A stretch of DNA of 64,000 nucleotides, taken from Octopus sinensis (lineage: Eukaryota). The notes below the pieces were generated by a model. The model ran no database searches. It had not been told where the DNA came from and worked only from the letters and a program-made list of their open reading frames with translations. Numbering within the stretch: the stretch's first letter is position 1; every line of letters begins with the position of its first letter. The position numbers and the translations under genes were made by a program. The stretch spans positions 744,001 through 808,000 of the forward strand of contig NC_043013.1 in NCBI RefSeq assembly GCF_006345805.1. Direction: 5' to 3'. Positions 40,001 through 52,000 of this stretch are shown here, in pieces.

Positions 40001-43000
40001 ATGAAATGAAGTGTTCAGCATAAAAAAACATCACTGTCAAGGAATTGAACCTATGATCTAGTTATCATGAATGCAGAATCTTAACCACTGGGCCATGTAC
40101 CTTTACACACTATATATATATTCTTTTATTTGTTTCAGTCATTTGACTGCAGCCATGCTGGAGCACTGCTTCTAGGCAAACAAATCGATCCCAGAACTTA
40201 TTCTTTGTAAACCTAGTACTTGTTCTATTGGTCTCTTTTGCGGAACCGCTAAGTTACGGGGACATAAACACACCAACATTGGTTGCAAGCAATTGTGGGT
40301 AAATAAACAGGCACACAAACACACACACATATATATATATATAGAAAAAAAGATGGACTTCTTTCAGTTTCTGCCTACCAAATTCACTCACAAAGCTTTG
40401 GTCGGCCCAAGGCTATAGTAGAAGACACTTGCCCAAGGTGTCACGCAGTGGGACTGAACTCAGAACCATATGGTTGGTAAGCAAGCTACTTACCACACAG
40501 CTACTCCTGTGCCTATATCATCATCATCATTGTTTAATGTCTGCTTTCCATGCTGGCATGGGTTGGACGGTTTGATTGAGGATTGGTGAGCCAGAGGCTG
40601 CACCAGACTCAATCTGATCTGACAGTTTCTACAGCTAGATGCCCTTCCTAATGCCAACCACTCAGAAAGTGTTGTAGGTGCCTTTTTCGTGCCACTGGCA
40701 TGAGGGCCAGTCAAGCGGTTCTGGCAGTGACTATGCTCAAAAGGTGTGTATTTTACGTACTACCTGCATGGGAGCCAGTCTGGCAACGACCACACTTGAA
40801 TGTTGTTTTTCATGTGCCACTGGCAATGATCACGCTCGGATGTGCTTTTAATGCTCCACTGGCACAAGTGCCAATCAGGCGGCACTGTCATCAGCCACGT
40901 CACCGATTTTGATTTGTTTACAGTTGCCTCAATAGGTCTTCGCAAGCAAAGGTCATGCCCATTCCAACCTCTTACATCAAATACATCATCTCATGTGGTC
41001 CTACCATCTATTTTTCAAAACAGAGTGAGATTTCAGGGAAATTTGTCTTCTATTTCTAACGAGTCGAGTGAACACACAGAGGCTTCTTTCTTGTCTCATG
41101 TTTTTGTTTAGCACCAAGTCAGCCCTCATCAAGCAGATCTTATGGTCAAATGCATTTCAACCGTGACCATCCAGTTTTTTTTATACATCAGGGACTACAC
41201 TGTCCAATATGTCTTTTCTTTTTTAACACAGAGTGTGGTCTGAGGAGCTTTGGTTATTTCTTGCAGGTTAAGCAATAGTCAAACAATTCCGTCGGTGGTT
41301 TGTTCCCTGAATTAGTTATTAACTACAGAATCAATTTATTTTAAACATATCACTGTGGCTTACGAAAGTTTTAAACGTAGGTTTGTTAAATCTCAGATTC
41401 CTAGGTTAGAAGGAAATAATTATGACGTGTTTGTCCTTCCTTAAGGAAATTGACAATGTAGGATGTTAAGCTGGGAATCAAAATCGATCGTCTACTTCAA
41501 TTCCCAATAGTTCCATTTCCAGTGCACCCCCCTCCAAATCTATGACATTTGTTACAACGGATCAATAAACGTTCTGAAAAAGAACAAATGTAAAGTTGAA
41601 CATGTTTTTATTCATACAATTTACTCGAGTATATTTACCACAACAAATAGTTAATACATGCACAAACAAATAATTTAACTATCCAGTCCGAACACACACA
41701 CACACACACACATAAAAGTGCCATAACAATTGCTAATCTGTCTCAAATGTGTCAAGCTAATTTTACGTGACAGAACATCTCATTGACTTGACCACAGATT
41801 AAAGTAACATAATAATAATAATAATAATAATAATAATATAATAATAATAATAATAATAAAAGAACGAATGGGGAAAAGATATTTCGAAATTCAAAATGAT
41901 AGCTTAGTAATTGAAGTGAGGGAAAGTAAGGTTTCGTTTTCAATTTCGAATCCTCACATTTCCCGTCTTAGATTCACAACCTGCAGACGCGAGGAGAGAA
42001 AAAATAGGCGTCTTGTGGACGATGATTTAGGTTTTAAATCTCATCCAAAGACATCAACCTTTTCGTAATTTAGTTAACAGAAAGGAAACCAGCCACGGAT
42101 TGGCACAAGATGTGCAGACTTTATGTTAAATCACAGATTAGTAAGAGACAACCTTCGTCTAGGAAATAATGGTAAACATTTCTTTAGTCAAACATACTAA
42201 TGGGTGTATCAAATAATTCAAGTTTCAACCTTTTAAACAAACCACCCATGAAAATTCTACAAAATACAGTCTTGAGAAAATAAATAATGGGATTGTTAGC
42301 CACAAAATCAAACATTTTTATTTGTATTTTTGTTAAATGTGCAGTGAACAAAACAATAAATCTTCGTTTCCAAATTCATCTTTAAAAGTTGTAAATTGTT
42401 GTTTCGGTAAGGTTTTCCCATTTTCGCCGATGGAACCAAAGCGTCTTCCAAAGAACTACTCTTTAATGATTCTAAAACCTTTGTGTTCCAAACAGGGTAT
42501 ATTCTGCCGATTAGAAAACGTGCACTTGTCGATGCGAGACGAAGGGCTGCCTACCTCACATAACCATATTTTCATCTTCTCCACATTCGCTTCGCTTCCT
42601 TGTAAATTACCCTTCACGGTACCCTGGTAGGTGTTCAATACCCAGCCAGCTAAGTTCAGACTTATTGCCTTTTCGTACGTGTGCTTTCGGAAGAATACAC
42701 CTTGTACAATACCGAAAACTTCAAAGTCAACGGATACAAGATTTGTTAAACGTTCAGTCATGTTGCAAAGCAGAAGAGACGATCACCGAGAGGCAAAAAC
42801 GGCGAATTTGACAAAATCGGAATTAGTAAACACGGCGCGGGAACTGAGAATTACTTCCCTTTGCTAACCTCTCCCTTGCTTCCCTTGCAATTATAATTCC
42901 TTTGACATCTCAGCTTCTTTCTAGGAATATTAAACCTATCTCAGAATTTGACTGCTAATTTATTTTATCAACGCCACACGAATGAAAAGTTAGAATGTGA

Positions 43001-46000
43001 TAGGAGGAGAAAAAACAAACTAAGCAAACTATAGTTTAGTCCAGGGATATAGAACCATTGACTCTTAAGTATAAACTATAACTAACTTATGTTCTTATCA
43101 CCATTTTTGAAAAAAACATAGCACATGATTAATGCTTACAGGAATGATCGGTTGATACTCTTAAAATAATTCATATCCTTATGTAGTTTTCATTAATAAT
43201 TCATTTTCTGAACTAAGAACACAAAGAACCATAAAGTTTGCCATTAATGAGTTTGTCAGCTGACCACCTTATTTTGGAGAATGATGTAATTTCAAACATT
43301 TTATCTTCCTGAATCAAAGACAATTTACTGTCATTATCATCAATAAACTACCATTGGTTGGACTAAAAATGAAATTACTTTAAGTGGTGTCACTGTTGAT
43401 AATTTTAGTTAGCAACATATCTTTGTAAAATGTCCTGTTATTTTTACAACTAAAAGTAAGATTCTCTGCAGACATGTAAGATTTTATAGATTAACAAAAA
43501 ACAAAAAAAATCACTTTTAACCTGAATTAAAGATGATTTGTTAACAGCAGCCACATTAAAATTATGGTAATTTGTTGTAATACTGTCTTTGTAGACATAG
43601 AATTATAGAAATAACATCCTGCAAAAATAATGGTTTTTCCACTCTTAGGAAGCAAAATAAACTATGATAGATTGCATTTCATTTACCTTCCTTGTTAAAT
43701 GCTAGGCACAAAGCATCTCTAAGAGCCAAAAATAAAGTCAGCCAAACATGAGTAATTAATAGTAACAATTAATTATAATCACAATAACAACCCCTTAACA
43801 GAAACGATAAGAACACCACCACCAGCTAAGCAGTAGAACAGCTACATCAAGCCAACAAGGAAACCTCTACATGGTTATATGACCTGCTAGACATAGGAGT
43901 CAAATGTATACAACCACTTTAAAAAGAAGATACTGTGTGAAGAAGACAGAATGGTCATGACTGGAAGGTATCATTGGTTTGCTTCTTTAGGGTTGGCCTC
44001 AAGCTAAACAGCAACAGCTAAATTATACTTTAATCCCAAGTAATTCCTTCTGACTTGTATTTGAGTGTGGTTTTGCTATTGTTTAATCAATAAAAGATAA
44101 AAGTTAAGATGCAAATAACTTCATCCATGAAAGGAATCAAACTTATGGAATAACCAAAAGTCCTCGCCTGCCACCAAGATAATATAGCCAGGGCTGGCCC
44201 TACGGTTGCTGGTGCCCCGGGCAAGCTGAAGTTCAGTACCCTTACAAGAATAATTTTTTGAAACTTTCACAAAGATGAAGACTGAAAATGTAGACTAAAA
44301 AGCCCATGGCATCCCGGGTGACTGTCTGAGTTGCTGGTGCCTTGAGCTGGCCCTGAACATAGCCAACCTCTACAGAGGTTGGCTAAATTATCTTTTGGTG
44401 TTTAGTCAGAGGGGGGGGGGACTCAATTTTTGATAGCAAAGATACAAGTGATAAGCCATGATCCACTGACCTCTTTAATCCATTGACCTCTTGCTGTCTG
44501 AATCACTTTCAACTAGGCTATCTGCTGCTTAATACACTAAACAAATTTTTAACACATTCCTACTATGTTCCGAATTATAAATCCTTGTGAATTAACCTAA
44601 GCCAGTGAATACCAAGAGGTATCTAGGCGTTGCAGAGATTTAAACCTATAAATTAAGGTTTTTGAAAAAATACACAAGTGCTTAAACAACTTGAAAAAAC
44701 ATATTTGTAATTTTCTTCTACACAAATACAATCAACAAACAAAGCAATGATTTTTGATATTTTTTTCTTAATTTTAAACTTTAAAACGGTTTTATGTTTA
44801 TTTTTTTTTTACTTTCCAGATGAAGAGTGCCAGTTAATTGTTTTTATTTGATGTCCAGTGAACCATGAAGTCATAAAGATAGGGAGCCACTGGCCTAAAT
44901 ATTAACTTTCTAATAACTCCATACATATTGGTAAACTTTAAAATTAAGAATCATCATCAATCATTTGATGAGAGAATTTTGTGTTATAATCGTCAACAAC
45001 ATTGAAACTATTTAACAGTGTTTTGTTATTCTGGGAGTGTTGTGTGTGTGTGTGTATGTGTGTGTGTGTAATGGGTAAATTGTTGCCATTTTATAATTTT
45101 AATTTCACACATGTGCATTGTTTGTTTTTGATTTTGTTAACTACACAGTATAGTAGGGTCAGCTGGGCACTGTCTATGAGAAAAACAGCACTGTAGCACA
45201 ATTCACTCTGCCAGAAATTTGGAAACAACATGCTGTACTGCTTGGCATTTGCACTGGCAGCTCCAATACAAACATTTCAGAGTGTTTGGGTGTCAATCTG
45301 AGGACATGTACCAAAAGTCATAAAAATCAAATATCCAGTCAACATCATGGTGTTTGGAGTGATCACTAGTGATGTTGATGTTATGCTTCCATTCATCTTC
45401 CCACATGGCCTCAGACTCAACATGGAGGCCTACATCAAGTACCTGGAGGAGGTAGTGCTGCTCTGGGTCAAGAGGGTGGCTGCTGGAAGACCAACAGGAC
45501 TCTGCACTATGCCACACAAGCAGGAGAACCCATTCATGGCTTTCAGACAATTTCTGCGACCACGCCACCTCTAACATCTGGCTACCAAACTCCCCAGACT
45601 GCAACCCCCTTGATTATTATGTGTAGGGCGCAGTTGAGTGAGAGACCAACAAAACTCCTTTGTAACACCAAAGATGAACTGAAGGAAAGGGTTATAGCAG
45701 CATTCACCAACTTAAACAAGGAGACTGTCCAGAAGAGTTGCAGAAGATTCCATAGTCATCTGGAGGTGATGGTTGAAGCCAATGGCAATTTTATTAAATA
45801 AATTTACTCTTTAGTATTTCAATATATTTTTATGTAATTTTGGTAAATATATCTGTTAAAATGAGATGTCAGTGTTTTCATTTTTGCATAATTTAGATGA
45901 CCGTTTATTCACCACATGTATATATGTGTGTGTGTGTCACAAACGTGAGTACACATGTACATTGATTAATTATCATCATTTAATGTCTGTCTTCCAAGCT

Positions 46001-49000
46001 GGAATGTGGTTCAACAGGATCCAATAAGCTAGAGGACTCGAATGTCAACTTTGCAAGAAGTGGTTCAGGAAGGAAGATGGGATGCATTGGTAGAATGGAA
46101 AGGGTGGAGAGCAACAGTGGAATAAAACCGTAGATGGATGAGAAATAAGAACGTGATGCATGGAATAGATAGATAATATATAAGGTATAATGCTTGAATA
46201 GGTAAAGTTGCTGCAGCATGGCCAAATGGCTTAACTCTTTGGTAGTCAGATTATTCTGTCAAATGTAATGATTTTTCATTCAGATTCATCATCATCATCA
46301 TCATCATCATTTAACGTCCGCTTTCCATGCTAGCATGGGTTGGACTGATTATTTTTAATTAATCTTGTACTATTTTGCACCTTTGAAATTTTGATGATGT
46401 GATTGTATATTTTATAATGACATTGAAGGGAAAGCGTGACAGGCTGGATCTGGCTGGTTAGAACATAAAATGGGTAGCATATTTGGGGTGGATACGGCTG
46501 GTTTAAATGCTAAAGGGTTAAGAAGTTTGATTGCCAATCACGAGGTTGTGGGTTTAGTCCCACTGCCATTACAAGTGCCTCGTTTCAATCCAAGCTTTGT
46601 GAGTAAAATTAGGTAAAATGGAAACAGTGTGGAAGCCCATCAGATGGTTTGTACTTGGAATTCAAAAAGTCCAGCTTGCCACATATTGTGTCATGCTGAT
46701 TCTGACTGAAAATCACATTAAAAGGTACATGGAATATTCAGCCACCTATAAATTCAATGAAGATCAAACAACTGAATCCTCATTGTTGAACCACCTTGTG
46801 GCTCTTTAAGTTTTGAGTTCAAATCTTGCCAAGGCCAGTTTTCCCTTCCATCCTCGCGGTGATCAATAAAACAAGGTATCAGTCAGGTAAAGGATTGATT
46901 ATCCTTTCTCTCTCAATTTTCTGGATTTATGTCATCATCATCATCATCATTTAACGTCCATTGTTCATGCTGGCATGGGTTGGATGGTTTGACCAGAGCT
47001 GGCAAGCTGGAAGGCTACACCAGACTCCAGTCTGATTTGGCATGGCTTTCTACAGCTGGATGCCCTTCCTAATGCCAACCACTCAACTACTCACTATGTC
47101 AGAACCAATTATTAAACTACATAAGGGCAGTGGATTGACAGAACTGCTAAAACACAGGACAAAATGCAATCCTGTCCCCACAAAAGGTTTAACTGTTTGC
47201 CTTTGTTAGAAATTATCATTAAATTGCATATTGTGTGTACACACACACACACACACACACACCACACACACACACACACACACGAAAACGTTGTAGTAAT
47301 GATTAATTCTAGACAATGTCTTACTGTATTTTCTGGAAAATCTTGTTTGAGTGGAGAAATGTCTGGCTTCGATTCCTCTTTCTTTCTTGATGATTTATGA
47401 GATTCACCTGAGTGTTTACGTTTTGGACTCTCATCGACGTGGCTGTTATATTTTACAGTCTTCTCATGATGTCTGAGCTGAAGAGAAAGAAAAAAAAAGA
47501 AACAATTAGGAAACATGTATGGATGTGTGGTTAAGAAGCTTGCCTCCCAACTACAAGGTTCTAGGTTCAATACCATTGTGGAGCAGTGTCTTCTACTATA
47601 GCCCAGGGCTGACCAATGCCTTGCAATTGAATTTGGTAGATGAAAACTAAAAGAAACCTATTGTGTGTGTGTTTAGTGCTCTCCAATGGTCACTACAAGA
47701 AGTGCTGTTTGTTGTCATTTCTGTCAACTGCTTGTTTGCTCATTCTGTGCTTTCATAGACATGTGAAACAAGATTTCTGACTTCAATAAGTAACAGGAAG
47801 AGCATCCAACTGTAAAACAATGCCTCAATAATATATTTGTCAAACCCATTCAAGCATGGAGAAAAAGGGATATATTTGTCAAACCCATTCAAGCATGGAG
47901 AAAAAGGGATATATTTGTCAAACCCATTCAAGCATGGAGAAAAAGGGATATATTTGTCAAACCCATTCAAGCATGGAGAAAAAGGGATATATTTGTCAAA
48001 CCCATTCAAGCATGGAGAAAAAGGGATATAAAATGAAAGAATGAACAAACAGGTGAGTTAAACCATTGGCTGGAAATTCAATGCTAAAGTTGTGAGGTTT
48101 CTAACACATTATGACCTCCATGAAGGTGGTGTTCTAACAGGGTCTTATGTGTGAGTCTGAAACTATCTATCAGTTCAGTTTTGCTGCCCATCATTCCTTA
48201 GAAGGCTATGGCAGCAGAGTGCTCAGACACCACCTCCATGTCTTCAAATCAAGCATATGCCTTTCAGCAAATGCTTGCTTTGTAAACCTAGAAAAGCTGT
48301 ATAACTGAGTACAGGGGACATACAGTGGTAGGTTTTGCAAGGGTTTGGGAGTAATGGGTAACTTCTGGTTACTATGAGGTCCCCATACAAATACTCAGAT
48401 ATTCTGATACATGGTCAAAATGTCCCAATGTGGGTGTTGGACCTCAGCAAGGGTGCATATTATCACCACTCCTTTTCCTAACTTTTAAAAAACTGTACCG
48501 ACATAGACAGCTGTTGTGGAAGTGTATCATAAGCCGTGGATGGAGGATCAATTAGCTGAAATAAACCAAGGAAATAAAAATTATAAAAAAGATATACATA
48601 GTTGTAAGTTCAAACTTAGGTACCAAATACTGTTGTACATTTGAGCAAGGCACTGCCTAGTTGACAGTTGAGCAATTGGCAGCAGGAAGAGTGAGGTGTC
48701 CCTTTTTAAAAGCAATTTATCCACCAAAGATCTGCTCAATTATAGCTGACCTGGGGTTAAGCAGTAATAAGAAACAATAAAAGAATTCCCTAATTACTCA
48801 CAGATGCTTCAGAATTTTCTTTCCTTCTTTCTTCTTTTGTTTTTTTTTCATTTCCCTGCAATGAAACCACAAAGATCTACTCATATAATTTTCTCTAATG
48901 AAAATAGCCCCTACCTCACGGATGGGGAACCCCACACTTTCAAGTGAAATCTCTCCCACATTTAAATTTGGAATCACACTTAACCAAGTCTCCCAAAACC

Positions 49001-52000
49001 ACATAAATGAAATGCCTTAAGCCTTATAAGTTTCACATGAATGAATTTGTAAAATAAAAGATGCATTATTTTTCTCAGTAAAGATGTGCCTTTGGTAAGT
49101 TCTTCTCTAAGAATGAAATCTCTGTTCTATGTAGTCACTCAACCTGCTAGAAATAGTAGCAAAATTCCTTCAAATTACACTTTACTGTCTTAATAGTAGA
49201 AAATAGAAAATATATGTAGGCTCATGAGGGGCAGTTTCCCGGTTTCAATGGCGTATATAATCCTCACCTGGACGGGACGCTGATCTAGTGCAGGATTATT
49301 CATTTTTACCAGCTGAGTGGACTGGAGCAACATGAAATGAAGTGTTTTTCTCAAGAACACAATGGATCACCTGGTCCAGGAATTGAAACCACAATCTTAT
49401 GATCATGAGTCAAACACCCTAACCACTAAGCCACCTAATAGTAGAAAGGAACACATAAAATAAAGTAGCCCTAGATACACACTATCTCTGAAAGTGAAGA
49501 GGATAGGCTGACCACAGCTACAACACTTTCACTGCAAATCTATTTAATCAGGGAGAGCCACCGTTTGTGTTGCCCAGGGCAGTCCTTTAGTTTTCATCAT
49601 CATCCTCATCCTCATTTAACGTCCGCTTTCCATGCTAGCATGGGTTGGACGGTTCAACTGGAGTCTGGGGAGCCCGAAGGCTGCACCAGGCCAGTCAGAT
49701 CTGGCAGTGTTTCTACAGCTGGATGCCCTTCCTAACGCCAACCACTCCGAGAGTGTAGTGGGTGATTTTATATGCCACCGACACAGGTGCCAGACGAGGC
49801 TGGCGAACAGCCACGCTCGGATGGTGTTTTTTATGTGCCACCGACACAGGTGCCAGACGAGGCTGGCAGACGGCCACGCTCGGATGGTGTTTGTTACGTG
49901 CCCACAGCACGGAGGCCAGTCGATGCGGTACTGGCTACGGCCACGTTCGGATGGTTTTCTTGTGTGCCACCGGCACTGGTACCACAAAGATACAAATTCC
50001 ATTGATGTTCATCTATTTTGATCTGGTTTGATTTTCACTTGCCTCAACAGGTCTTCACAACTGTCACACACTTGCCTCAACAGGTCTTCACAAGTGTCAC
50101 ATACTTGCCTCAACAGGTCTTCACAAGTGTCATAAGAAGGAAGGTATGCACAGGTGGACTGACTACGTCCCAGGTAGGGACCACGGGTTATGGCCTGACT
50201 AGTCTTGCCGGGTCTTTGGATGGTGTTTTTATGTGCCACCAACACAGGTGCCAGATGAGGCTGGCGAACGGCCACGATCGGATGGTGTTTGTTACGTGTC
50301 CACAGCACGGAGGCCAGTCGATGTGGTACTGGCTACCGCCACGTTCGGATGGTTTTCTTGTGTGCCACCGGCATTGGTACCACAAAGATACAAATTCCAT
50401 TGATGTTCATCTATTTTGATTTGTTTTGATTTGATTATGATTATTATTATTATTATTATTATCACTTGCCTCTACTCCATAATTCAAAAAAAGCATTACT
50501 GAAAACATAAATTCCTCCCACTACACAAAACGAAAACGTTGACCAGGGTAGCGTGTCCCTCTTGCCTCCTTTTAACTATCTTTTTATAGCTAAATAACAA
50601 AGAACACTTTGTAGGAGGCCAACAGTGAAAAATATTGGGGAATTTAATATCAAACTAGCAGGACCCATGAAGATTTCATGGAATTAATGGTAAACCTATT
50701 AGGTTATTGCTGAAAACTTTATCCAAAAACTCTGAAAGCGTAGCCTGTGTTGTGTCTGTATGGAAAGACAGTCGCTCATCTGCTACTCATTGGAAAATGA
50801 AAGAAATTGGAATATGATGGTGACTTAATACACTTTATATACTTTATACACAATTTTATAGACTTAATACACAGCATTCATAAAATAAATATTTACTTAT
50901 TTTTCCATTTTTCCCAAAAACAACAAAAAATATTCCATACATATGATACAACCTTTAGTTAAATTGCATATGTCTGCCAAGAAAATAAGCATGAATATTT
51001 CATAGAATTGCACTTATGCACATGTGTTAAGTGATCTGTGATAGAAAATACTTCATCATCATCATCGTTTAACGTCCGCTTTCCATGCTAGCATGGGTTG
51101 GACGGTTCAATTGGGGTCTGGGAAGCCCGAAGGCTGCACCAGGCCAGTCAGATCTGGCAGTGTTTCTACAGCTGGATGCCCTTCCTAACGCCAACCACTC
51201 CGAGAGTGTAATGGGTGATCTTATGTGCCACCGACACTTAGTTCAATTAAATAAAAAATACACTTTTCACTATCCAATCACCACCACCTCCATCACCATA
51301 TCCCTCTTTGTCTTTCTTTAACCTTACCATCAGAACATCACCCCTCTGCTAAAATTATTACGTTCCCCCCCACCTCACATCATGGACACCTCTTTTTCTT
51401 TTTCTTTCTCCCTCTTTCTGTCTCACTCTTCACCTTATCTTCTTTTTCTCTTGGCTCTCTTTCCCTTCAACTGATTACGTGAAAGTGTTACAATTACATT
51501 CCCTTTACCTCATGTCATTCACGCTTCTCTCTCCCTCTTTTTCTCTAATCACATGAAAGCGTTACAATGACAAACAGAATTATAAGATTTTCATTTTACT
51601 TACTTCTTCGTATCTGTAATGTTTAGACTTGGAATCTTTCTTTTCTCTTTTCCTGGACGTTTCTGCCTGAAGATATAAACTGATAATTAGTCGAGAGGCA
51701 TACGTTATGCTGCTTCTACATTCTACCACAAAATGTTAAATTGTGTCAAAGATTAGAAGAAGAAACCAGTTCCAAAATAACCAAATTTAGTTTCTTCACA
51801 AACATCACATTTCTAATCCTTGTACTCAATGAAAATTAGTTTAATTTACATCCTTCAAACTCTCCCCCACCCACTTTTTCTCTCAATCTCTCTCATTTTA
51901 TAATAAGGATTTTTAACTAACCTCAAAACCAGTTTTTGTACGAGAGATAATATGTCAAAGGAATCAGGTCTCCTGCATTACAACTGCTTGTTTTATTGAT

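Noticed and set aside
42762-42850. In-frame WDR60-ACYP fusion via the AG near 42845
   Set aside because: A phase-0 splice reads FPRRVY* and is out of frame with the ACYP ATG.
51660-51700. Hammerhead ribozyme core (ctgaaga...gtcgaga)
   Set aside because: No GAAA core, no convincing stem II, and the motif coincides with the reverse complement of a DYNC2I1 splice acceptor.
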